From positions 24,224 through 82,793 of the forward strand of contig NW_025215277.1 in NCBI RefSeq assembly GCF_004010195.1: a DNA stretch of 58,570 bases, written 5' to 3'. The stretch comes from Chiloscyllium plagiosum. Taxonomy: Eukaryota. A program made the translations under genes and the position numbers. Shown piece by piece: positions 36,615 through 48,040 of the stretch (within the stretch, counting starts at the first letter, position 1; every line of letters starts with the position of its first letter). A model generated the notes under the pieces. The model was not told where the DNA came from. It ran no database searches and was given only the letters and a program-made list of their open reading frames with translations.

Positions 36615-37700
36615 ACTCATTAAATTCTCTCCTGATAGACCATCATGCCAGGGTTCAATGTGTTGAAACTCCTTAGCACTGTCTCGGTGACGTGGAGATA
36701 ATTTTTATAAACAGACTCAGTCTGTATAAAATGCCCCAAATACTCTTTCAACAAAACACTACCATTGAGTAAGGTATATTTACTTTGGTACTTCAAGTAT
36801 TTTGCATGAAAGATATCATTTTCAGTTATAATTATTCTGTCCCATCCGAATTTTGTTAGTGATTTATAGCCAAGGACATCCAAGTCCTTTTCAACAATAC
36901 CACTTTCCAAACTCTCACCATTTCATAAACTTAAATGTGAAACATTACATTTGTTGTTCCCATCTTAATAATGTTATATCTTACGAATAGCTATTGCCCA
37001 AGCATTGATTCTTCTGATACCCCACAAGCCTTCCACTCAGATAAAAACACTATTCTCTTCATTTTGTCCATTATCCATTTTTTGATTCATTCTGTGTGTT
37101 CCAACCCTACCGACCAATGGACTCTAACATTACTCACTCACCAGTATTCAACTGCATCAACTTTTTTCTGAAATTTCAAAACTCCACTCCCACTGGTCGT
37201 CAATTGTCGATGTCACAACGGGAAATCTCCACAACTACAGCAGGCTTATCAAAGATCATTTATCTTTCCTCAATCTCGGCCGAATGTAATCATATCATTA
37301 TTTTCCAAGTGTCTAGTTGTCACATTCCTTTTTAAGGTTATAATGTTTTTTTTTCTCTCACAGCTGACATCTACCTATTTAGTTTTCTGTTTTCCCTCTC
37401 CGTTCTGTTTTGGATATTTAGGGGAACAATAGCCGCTTTCCAGTCTGCAGGATCCCTCCAGAATCTAACCAGCTTTGAAGAATAATCAGTAATTCTTTCA
37501 GTAGCTCTGTTGCCACCTCCTCAATACTCTGGGATGTAGCTCATCAGATCTAGCAATATACCAAGCTTCAATGCGAATAGATTTTAAAAGACATACTCTT
37601 CATTAATTCTAATTTCGTGCATCCCCTAATTTTCACCAGGGCTCCTGATCACTAATATTTCTGGAAGTTAGTTTCTTCCTCCGTGGAGAAAGAACCAATA
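36615..37700 (-). mobile_element. Highly decayed CR1 LINE fragments
   Basis: GIVEKDLDVLG and the reverse complement of ILEGSCRLES/VPED-like and PRVL motifs. Confidence 0.6.
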
Positions 37701-37759
37701 TATTCCTCTCGGCAGGCAGATAGCTTCTGTCAGCTCGTGTTATATAGGAGGACTGCGCT

Positions 37760-37880
37760 CCAGGTATGTCACTCACTCCTCCTGGAAAGTTCCAGAATGA
37801 ATCCAATACACTTCATGGTGATGTATATGTCTCGCACTCTTTCCTGGAAAGTTCCAGAATCAATCCAGTTTACTTCCTGG
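37760..37880 (+). repeat. ~62-bp tandem duplication, each unit containing GAAnnTTCnnGAA
   Basis: tcctggaaagttccagaat(g/c)aatcca at ~37780 and ~37842. Confidence 0.8.
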
Positions 37881-39633
37881 CGAGTGTCAGCACAGTCCTA
37901 TCCCTGCTGTGAGTTTACAGGCTATATTGAAGAAGGGGAAACAGCTCAGTGACCACTTCATTTTTGAAAGACTCTAGTTTCACAATTTACAATTGGAATG
38001 GGCCCAGTTTAGACAAATGTTCCTGGAAATCCCAGAGAGGATCATGCAGTGTCCTGTCCTCCCTGTGTACGGAATTTCCCTTCTGTGTAACCTCGACTCC
38101 ATTTCTTTACCATGGACCCAGAACACTCTGTAAATGCAGTGCTCATATCTCTTCCAGAGTGAGGTCACCAGACTCTTGGGTCTCTCTGAATGGACGCGGC
38201 AACTGATAACACAAACCCGAGAAAAGTGTACACAGAAACACCCTTTCTTCTGTAATGACAGGAGAAGTCAAATCTCTACACAAACGGTGCACCCATTCAG
38301 TGTTGAAAATGTTTCTGTTCTAAGCAGAAAGAACAGTTACATCTCTGAACAGTCCTACAATTACAGTTCCCTTCTTCAAAAAATCAGTTGACAATGTAAC
38401 ATTCCGTTTCTTTGTATCTGAGCAACTATAAGGGCAGCACCAGTATTGCCTATGGAGTTGATCATCACACTCAGAGGAGAAAGATAGAGGGAATATAACT
38501 CAATGTAAACAGAGACACATCTAAACATGATATTCATGAATATGGGAAAAGGGGAAATTTTGGAATAAGCACCAACTTTATTTTCCTTCTGGTTCATTAT
38601 TAGCAGTCTCTATATTTGCTTTTCATTTATCTCTCTCTCTCTCTTTCTCGCTGGAAATTTCTACATCCACTCAACTAACCTCTCCCTCACTCATCCAACC
38701 ATTAATATTATTTCCCAGTTGCTTTCAGTTGTGATATAGGGTCACTAGGTTCTAAACTTTATCTGTTTTTCTCTTTACAGCGGCTGCCATACATGCCGAG
38801 ACTCTCCAACATTTTCAGACGCTGGAGAATTTTATTTCGGATCTCCATCACCCACAGTTCCTTGGTTTATTTCACCTTTAATGCTGTTGTTGCACAGGAT
38901 GTCAGCATCACTGGTAAGGACAGTATTTGTCATCCGTCACTAATTGCCGTTGACTGCGAGAGACCATTTGTCAAGACAACATGGAGCCAATCATTTTTGT
39001 CGCACTTAGTTTTTTTTAACTAAAGGCTATCAGTGAAATAATAAAAGAAATACTAATGGTTTATGGTTGTCGTTTGCAAAATGTGTTTTCATTCCAAGTG
39101 TTGCCGCTCGAATATAACTTCTGTCATCGGCTGTGGAAGGATTTGAAACAATGCATTTAAAGTCATAACTTGTGTCTTTGAATTACACGGCCACTGACAT
39201 TTTTAGTCTGATATGAGATCCCAATTATGAAATAAGTAGAGTGACAAGAACAAGTTTGTGGTCAAAATATTTGTAACTGCAACAGTGGTCAGAAAAGAAG
39301 TGGAGCCATAAAATCAGATGTTAACAAGGCATAAGATGATGGCTAATTCAGCAACAGCATTGAGGCAGAGGTTGAGACTGGGGATATTATCGAGGTTTGA
39401 TGGCAGAGAGAATATCGAGACTTAAAACCGTTCTGGGCAAAAGGAAAACGGAAGGGTCGGAACAGTCTTGTTCCTTCTTAGACGTTTATGAGTGAGTAGT
39501 CTGAAATTGTTGGAAATAAAGTGGAGTTTGTGACTGAAACTGAAGATAGCAGATTATGCAATAGTTAAATATAAATAGCAGAAATAGTAATAACCTTCAC
39601 CACCATTTATCAAGTTGAAAGAGATAGGCTTAC

Positions 39634-39807
39634 CGGGATCACCAACAATAGCGAGGATGGGATAGTAACATGCTTGAATAATCATCAATATGGCTCGTAT
39701 CCGCAACTCTAACCATGGACAATCCCGGGAAAAATATAAAGACCATCAGATAAACTCCTGTCTGTTGTTGTAACATTCCAGACTAATGTTCTCAGATTCT
39801 GAGCCAT
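39634..39807 (-). pseudogene. First coding exon of a GPR139/GPR142-like GPCR, copy B; 1-bp frameshift (pseudo-exon or assembly error)
   Basis: Reads MAQNLRTLVWNVTTTDRSLSDGLYIF, shifts frame at the A5 run (39730-39734), then continues SRDCPWLELRIRAILMIIQACYYPILAIVGDP+G with donor gtaagc. One added base restores the 23-aa LY-to-YYP spacing of copy C. It also has GVP->GDP in TM1. Confidence 0.7.
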
Positions 39808-39838
39808 TGTTGGAACATTTCAGTCTACTGTTCTAAGA
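39757..39838 (-). repeat. Same 42-bp repeat, ~1.9 units, in GPCR exon copy B
   Basis: Translates LRTVD*NVPTMAQN LRTLVWNVTTTDR. Confidence 0.85.
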
Positions 39839-40299
39839 TCCTTTTCCTCTCCCTCTCTCTGTAGCTGCTGAGCACAATCGTCTTGAGGATGACGCTGCCG
39901 CTGATACTATGGAATAACAGTTTGAATGAAGCCCCTTACTAATCGAAGAAGCAAACCCTCTCATGACACAGTTAGGATCTATGGAGACCGACATCAGCCA
40001 CAGTCACAAATAGCTCCAGTAAACCTTTTTCACTACAATTCTCATATGTCATAACAATACTTGGTCTGGTTGGGATGTTGACATCGCTAAGTATTGGGCT
40101 AATAGCACGTCTCCAATTGTAAATTTAGAGATGAGGCAGAATGATGATGCTTTCTATTCACTAGCTCGATGATCCTACGATGTTTTGGCAGCATGGGAAT
40201 AGCTGTGGTCTCAAGGCCGTCTGTGTCTGATCACCAGGGCTTCTGCTTTCTTTCGTTTCAAGTATTTATGTTTAACTTTGACAATTATCTTACCATCAT

Positions 40300-40903
40300 T
40301 TAACGTCTTAGGTGAGGTTAGGCATTTTTGAGAGGCTCCTACAGTGTCATAGACGGAGTATATACAGTGCATTCCTTCTGGTCCTTGCAGCTGCGGCCTG
40401 GTCATGTGGAGTGTTGGTCAAACTCTCACGGAATCAGGATTCTTAGTTTTACCTTTCACCAGGGATTGCTGGTGTCTCAGCAGAGTTGGACGGTTGGAAA
40501 TCTTTCCTGGCTACTGCACTCTCTCTCTGAGATTTCTCTCGGAATTGGCTTTTGATGTTCTTTCCTGCTGGATTGGAGGACTGCATGTGTCGACGATCTG
40601 TTTCCTGAATTTGTTTTTCACAAGTGTATGTTTATGGAAAGTTACTATATTTGAGCAGTTACTGTATAGTAGTTAAATAACCTATAATTCTTTTAGGTTT
40701 TCCAATAGAACTAAGGTATACCAAGTTCCTCTTGTTGTTGTTATATTTGAATAGATTGTGTTTTGCTTAAAGTCAAATATTTTGACCAAACGAATTATAT
40801 CTGAAACACAGCACCTCACATTTACCTTTAAAATAAGAAGCCGTTCGGGTCGAGACTACCTTCGTCATATATTGTGAGGGGCGGTCTGCTCGGATCCATA
40901 GCA
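40300..40903 (+). mobile_element. Probable solo LTR (Gypsy-type); 5' boundary uncertain
   Basis: Its 3' end, atattgtgaggggcggtctgctcggatccatagca, resembles the end of the LTR at ~12410-12441. Confidence 0.45.
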
Positions 40904-41099
40904 TAAAGGGAAGATTTTCACGTTTTAATTGGAGAATTACTTAAAGGACAACATATTGCAGAAATACGGGCTTTCACAGCGGAATGCCCCGACGTGGAGG
41001 AGTGATAGCTCTATCAGGAATTAGAGTGCATACACAATCCACCTCACAGATCGAGCCCAGACACGTGTAAGCCCATATGAAATACCTGCTCAGCATGGT

Positions 41100-41262
41100 G
41101 AACTGTGCAGACCAGGCTCAGTTCAAACCAGCAATCTGTCCAGAATGGAGCACTGTACAGACCAGGATCAGTACAACACAGCAATCTGTCCAGGATGGAG
41201 CACTGCACAGACCAGGCTCAGTACAATCAAGCAATCTGTCCAGGATGAAGCACTCTGCACGT
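41100..41262 (+). repeat. ~50-bp tandem repeat, ~3.5 units
   Basis: gcaatctgtccag(a/g)atg(g/a)agcact at 41131, 41181 and 41231. Confidence 0.9.
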
Positions 41263-41490
41263 GTCACCGGTCCACTAGCTATCTGTCCAACATAGGGAGC
41301 AGTGCAGATCACACTGGTGCATTGCTTCAGAAACCTGCACGAAACTTTCTGTCCAGCTTGGGGTGATATTCAGCCCGTCACCGGTCCACTAGCTATCTGT
41401 CCAACACAGGGAGCAGTGCAGATCACACTGGTGCATTGCTTCAGAAACCTGCACGAAACTTTCTGTCCAGCTTGGGGTGATATTCAGCCC
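41263..41490 (+). repeat. Recent 114-bp tandem duplication (1 mismatch)
   Basis: 41263-41376 equals 41377-41490 except cat/cac. Confidence 0.95.
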
Positions 41491-43354
41491 ACACAAATAT
41501 ATTGTTCTATAAACGTGAACAAAGAACCTGTTCAGTATGGGGAGCTGTGCAGTGAAGAGCAATGAAGAGCAGTGAATTGATCGGTAATCCAGGAGCAGTT
41601 ACCCTCCCAGCATGTACAGCTGTGGACACCGCCCCAGTGCATTGCTCAGTAACACTGTGTTAGATCCCTGCCCAGTGTGGGGATACTTACAGCCCATGCT
41701 GGAAGTGACAGGATGTAAAGGTCCCATCCATTTACAGCTCCATATCTCCATTTTACCATGACAAGTGTGAGCTGTGGGTGTGAAAACCACTGCCAGAGAG
41801 AGATGGTGAGGGAATTCCAACAAACAAAAGGATTTTGGGAAAACGGGAAAGGAAGATTGAGAGACAATTTCCTGGAAGATCACAGTTTTCAGAATGCTGA
41901 AATAAAGATATTTCGACAGACTCCTGCAACGTGAGAGAGTATTCCCAGGAATTATGGGTGAATGGGTTAGTGGTGTGAGTTCAGATGATGGATTTTTGGA
42001 TGAGCATTTATTCTGCAGCTTTGTAACTGTGAGTGGGCACAGCAGAGTCTATGACCCGTTGGGCTGCATGTAACAACAATTTATATCAACGACATTTTTA
42101 TTGAATGTGACAGAGGGATTGTCTGCACGAGGTCGAGCTAATTTCCTGGTGCTATCTTATCGAACTCACGTCATTACCTACCCACCCGACCCCATTGTGT
42201 CCCTCTCATTCAATACCAGCTCGATTCTTCCACCCATCATGGCTGGAGGTACTAACCATCGCTCGGATATCCCTGGTTATACCATGATCCCTGGGCCTGG
42301 TGCCAAATTCAAAAGACCAATGGGCACACTTTTGAGCTTTCTCAGTTGGGAGCTGCCCTTTACAGTTTACCCCCAGCATGGCAGATAAGAGGCAAATACA
42401 CCACAATATGTCAACCGGGATATGTCGATGGGCGGTACAGATGGGCACCATTCTCTTCTCAGAGGTGGCCACACTACCAGACCCACCGAACATGGTCTTA
42501 GCTCACCACCGAGCTCAGAACTGTATCTGCAGTCTGAAGAAATGTCCAGCAATACAGGACAAGCATCAATAACCTTCCCTGCTTTGTTAGGAAAAGGGTC
42601 ACCGTATTCTTTCTGCTGGAGCAACCACCCCCAAACAAGGCCAATAGTCGACCACGCTCACTGCGGCATACCGCACCTTCCCCATCTCTCTCTTTCTCTC
42701 TTTCCCTCTTGCCTTTGCAATACCCCCACAAAGCAATAGAATGTTCCAGATAATCTTTCAAATCATTCCAATTTTCAGGAAAATGTCAATGTCCAATGAA
42801 TAGCGTTGCATGTTTTTCTATACACAGACAATTCAAATCCATCATGAGGCCCTTCAGCCCTTCAAACGTGCTCCATCATATAATGAGATCGCAGCTGGTT
42901 GGTTCGTTCTCCCAGCTCCATGTTCCAGGAATTTTCAGTCATTCAACTCCCCGGGTTTCTGTCACTGAGCGGATGACACTCAGGCACATTTACCCTGGTG
43001 TTCTTCAAGCATCTGTTCGAGGGCATTTCCCATACAGACGGACTCCCCTCACAATATATTCCATCAGTTTTATACTTTTATGTAATGATAAGCACATTTT
43101 ACTCAGAACAATAAAAACATGCACTTATTTTATGTTTATAGATATCCAATTTTAATTAATAATTCTGGTTATTTCACTTGGCTCATCTTATTGCTTTCAG
43201 CCAAAGACAGCTTCTAACCACTTGCCTCGTTATAAAATACAATTTCTAGCAGAGAACGTTTTCATCCTGAGACGTTATCTTGATTGTTATCTGAATTACA
43301 CCTTCACCTTGTTATGAAGGTTTGTCTTGCCCTTTGTCTGTGACTGTTTCTGTC

Positions 43355-43595
43355 TGTAACAGTTACACTCTCTCCCACTTAGTTGGCTGGACGGCTGGTT
43401 TGTGATGCAGAGGGAGGCCAATAGCGCAGGTTCAGTTCCCCACACTAACAGAGATTTCCAAGAAGGGGACGCTCTCACAACCTCACCCCATCTCCCGACG
43501 TGTGGTGACCCTCAGCACAAACCACCACGCGTATCCTCTCTCTAATGACAGAGCAGCCCCATGGTCCTTTGGTACTGTATTGTGGCATTTTAAGT
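43355..43595 (+). mobile_element. tRNA-derived SINE (non-HE1 family)
   Basis: Head ttagttggctggacggctggtttgtgatgcag..ggttcagttccc with A-box/B-box-like motifs. Confidence 0.6.
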
Positions 43596-44064
43596 TTTTA
43601 CCTATTTTATCTTTTCGTTTTGCATTATATTCCTGGATGTTCTGGGCCAGTCTCATTTGTACCACTGTCAGAATTGACCACACACGGCACATTCCTGCCC
43701 ATTCCTCAATAATCCTTGACTTTGTTGTTATTTGTGAACCTTCTGTCTGTGCCTCAAAAATATTGAATATCTCTGCCCCCAGTGTTCGGCGGGGAAGAGT
43801 GTTACAGAGACTCACAACACTGAGAAAACAAAAAATTAACTCATCTGTGTGTAAGATTTTTTTTGTCTCCTTACCTAAGAAATGATATAATTACATTGGA
43901 AGCAGTTGAGAGATGTTTCACTTCACGTATTCTAGGGATGAAGGGCTTATATTGGAATGAGAGCTGATCCTATAGAAACATACAAAACCTTGAGGAGAGT
44001 GGATCAGGTAGATACCCACTGTGTGTTTGCATAGTCCAAACTTGTTATCATTGTCATACAACCT

Positions 44065-44370
44065 CTATAGTGAGGAAGCAGGACATTCTGCCCATTGAAT
44101 CCACATCTAACCACTGAAAAGCATCCAACACAGACCTGCCCTCCATGTAACCCTATATATCCCATTACTAACCCACCTAACCTACACGTCTCTCGGCACT
44201 GTAGCATGGCCAAACCACTCTAAGCTGCAAATCTTTGGCCTCTGAAACTGGACCATTGGGAGGAAACCCACACTGACACAGGGAGAATGTTCAAACTCCA
44301 CATACAGGGTTAACCAAGGTTGGAATTGGTTATATGAGGCAGCAGTGCTAACCACAGATTCACCATGCTC
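44065..44370 (-). mobile_element. HE1-type V-SINE (decayed)
   Basis: atctttgg..gggaggaaacccacactgacacagggagaatgttcaaactccaca..tgaggcagcagtgctaaccac. Confidence 0.85.
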
Positions 44371-44894
44371 CTCTGTTAGTTATATTAGTTACATAAGTCT
44401 ATGTTATATTATATCGAAGATGGTTTCGTCTGATTATCCATAGACAGGTGAATTAGGGATAATGGTGCATGGAGAGAAAAGTGCAGCTGGGACTACAATG
44501 ACCATCTTTACTGGTGGAGTAGTTTCAAATGTCCGAATGGCTCACTCGTGTCTCTCACCCCTGTGTTCTGGCGTTCTATTCAGCCCTTCGGACCTGCGAC
44601 AAAGGAGCAGATCGACACCACTCCAATTGTTATGTGTAGTTTTGGAAATGCACTTGGAAAATCCAGGCTGGGTCAGGAATTGACCACGACCCACAATCCC
44701 TCTTTCCAGGCTTCCCCTCTCTGTAACTTCTGCTCCAGATGGGAGTCAGGTTACAGACCCAGATTCGCTGCGAATACAGCCCTCATACCCCACCCAGGGT
44801 TAACTCAAACAAATCCTCTGCTTGCTCTGAATGCAACATTGTACAACACAACTTCCAGGAAAATAACCAGTTACTTTCCAAAAGCTTAAAATGT

Positions 44895-46190
44895 GGAATG
44901 AATAAGTAGGAAGAGGAGTAGGCCATTCGGCCCCTCAAGCTAACCCTGTCATTTAATAAGAACATGGATGATCTACTCCAGGACTCAACTCCACTTTCTT
45001 GCTGACTCCTTGTATCCCTCCATATCTCTCTGGGTTAGGGAATTGCAGACATTCATTATTTTCTGAGAGTAGACATCACTCTGCATCTCAGATTAACATC
45101 GATGTTCCATATTCAGTATTTATGTCCTTGACCTCGAGACTCCCCTCAGGAGAGGAAATGACTTCTCAACATTTACCTCCTCAAGCCCCTTCTGTGTCTT
45201 GCATTTTTCAGCAGTATCACTCCTCATTCATTTAAACCCAAATGAATGATCGCCTCACCATTTTAGAGGTTGTCAATAATTCAAACCTTTTATCTCAGGA
45301 AGCTGCTTAATGAACCAACCTAGTTACTTGATGCATCAGCATGCTGATTTTACGTTTCACACACAGGAAGACTCCAATCACTTTGTATTGCTCCTTTTCT
45401 GGAAGTCCCTTCCATTAAATGACATCCTGTCGTTTGGTTCTCAGTGTCCTCCACAAACTCGGATGTATGGTGCACTCAGCTCCCGCCATCAGGTTATCAG
45501 TATAGAGTGTAAATAACTGATGCAATCGAACTTACACTGTGGTGCTCCAGCAGATGTAACTTTATCATGAATATCCAGTAATCCTGACTCTCCGATTTCT
45601 ATGTGTTAACCAATCATCATCCCATGTTAATACATTATCCATCATTCTACGAGCTTCTGTCTTGTGTAAGAACTTTTATTTGGTAATACCTTGTGGAAAA
45701 TCTCTGGTAAGCCTCTTGTCTACCAGATCCCCTTTATTAAATCCGCTTGTTACATTCTCAGGCATCTCCAGAAACACTTTGCATGATTTTACAGGGCATA
45801 ATATAATTTCCCTTTCACAAACACACACGGACTCTGCGTGAAACTTTTCTAACTGTCCATGCTGGCCAAGTTTTCCAAATTAAGCTCGTCCTATCTGCTT
45901 TCATTTGGGCGATACGCCTCCAAAATGTTTCCCATTCATATATTTGTCCAAGTGAGTTTTAAATGTTGTAGCTGTACGGGCATCTACCACTCGTCGTTTG
46001 GCAGCTCATTCCATATCCACACCGCCCTCTGTGTAAAAAAGTTGCCCCTTCGTTCCTTTAAAATCTTCCCTCTTTGACCTTAAACCTATGCCTACTGTAG
46101 CTGTGGGAGAAATCTTGGATATTCACCCTCTCCGTATCTCACATGATTTTAGAAACTTTTACCATGTCACCACCCAACCTCCCACACTCA
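44895..46190 (-). mobile_element. Decayed CR1/HER1 LINE fragments
   Basis: 3' terminus gagtaggccattcggcccctcaag at 44916; ggcagctcattccatatcc..aaaaaagttgcccct at ~46000. Confidence 0.75.
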
Positions 46191-46354
46191 ATCTGATACT
46201 ACCTTCAAGAACTAGCATTTAAAAATAAGCACTACAAATTTAAACAATATTAAACATGACAGGTAAACAATACTCAGATCAACTTCATATGGTGATTTGT
46301 TTTTCTCCATGTGACAACACTATGGCAGCATGAAATGCTTACTAGTGCCAATAC

Positions 46355-46600
46355 GAGGTTAAAAAAGTGGTACTGGAAAAGCGCAGCAGGTCAGGCAGCA
46401 TCAAACGAGCAGTGGAATCGATGTTTCGAGCAGAAGCCCTTCTTCAGGAGGGTGTGCCAAGCAGGCTAAGATAAAAGGTAGGGAGGAGTGACTTGGGCGA
46501 GGGGCGTTGGGAATGCGACAGGTGGAAGGAGGTTAAGGTGAGGGTAATAGGTCGGAGAGGGGGTGGGGGCGGAGAGGTCGGGAAGAATATTGCAGGTCCA
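46355..46600 (-). mobile_element. Penelope-like terminal repeat fragment with hammerhead core
   Basis: Minus strand reads CTGAAGA-a-gggc(ttct)gctc-GAAAC-ATC at 46420-46447; shares gaaaagcgcagcaggtcaggcagcatc with the other copies. Confidence 0.8.
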
Positions 46601-47724
46601 AATTCACTGTAGATACCTTGACACTCTAGCCTCCAGTCTTCAATTATGTTTGACTGGACTATTCAAGCATTCCATATTGTATGCAGACACCTTGTAAAAT
46701 GTACCTTTTAAATGCCATTATTCTTTAAAGGCTGCTTCAGACCAAGGTTAATAATTCGTCCTTCTGACAACACAACATCAAATCCGAAATAATCTGCTCT
46801 CTTGTTTGCTTCACAACATACTCTTCAACCCACCTCATATAAACTTATGGAACTTATTTTTCACAGCTTCAGCAGTCACTTAGTTTACGCAGTTTAGACA
46901 CAACTTGAGATCATTCAATAAGACTGCGGTATACACAATACTTGCCTATCTAATTTCCAGAACATATGATGCTCAGAGTTTCTGCTACCGTTTTGGTTTC
47001 GATAACACACCAATATTTGCTTCTCCTTGCTATCTGTAAACTCTACCTCAACTGATTCTGTGGAATCTGAGGGACATGTCTGTGTCGTTATCAGTGATAG
47101 ACCTGGACAAGACATTCAGGTCGGCTCACCTCGACGCTGAGATGATCTGAAGAAATGTCCCACAAAACTGGACAATCAACAATATCCTCCTCGCTCTGTT
47201 AGGAAATGAGTTCCCATATAATCTCTGCTCCCTCACACTCACTGTACATCTGTTGTAGCACCTAACTCCGAACAAGGTTCACGCAATGTCTCCAAATAAG
47301 GCTCAGGCACTACCACTCTCACTATTGAATTCAGCAACTAATAATCCTATATGGATTCAAAACTGTCAGCTGACTCATTCCAGACACCTCACATCTCCCC
47401 CCACCTACACCAGCACAAACAGCAGGGTCACCCATTCCCACTCTCCCTCCATCCCTTTCGTCCATTCAAGGAGAAACAGCCTGGAATAGGATAGAAAGGG
47501 CCAAGCCAGGTAATGGAGTGCCCGATATCCGTTCCCTCACTCCCCTCCCCCAGCCATGTGGGAAGGACTTATAAAGAGCTGGAGAGGACCAGGAAGCCTC
47601 GTATGGAGAATCTGAAACATCCACGTCCTACTGACAATGTTAAGGACCAATGTTCAGTGAAAGACAATTTTCAGTTTAAACCCACTGGCAGTTCCAACAA
47701 CAGTCCTTTCACTTCCAAAAAAAA

Positions 47725-48040
47725 ACACAGATACCTCCCTGCACAGAGACGCAGACACAGAAATACATAGATGGACACACACAATACTTACCAGGAGAGA
47801 GGTATATATACACGTATAAAGACACAAATACATATACAGTCACATACAAATCGACATAAATACAGATAGAAACACAGGCTGATACACAGACAGATGTAGA
47901 CACGCAAACACACAGATAACAAGCGCATGGACACACACACACAGGTACACACACATACAGACACAAACAAACAGAGGCACAGACACACACACAGACACAC
48001 GCACAAACACTTACTCACATACAGATACACAGAGGCACAG
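47725..48040 (+). repeat. Degenerate (CA)n-rich tract at the junction between the two tandem units
   Basis: cacacagacacac-rich; inverted counterpart of 1785-2915; short remnant at 28992-29032. Confidence 0.9.
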
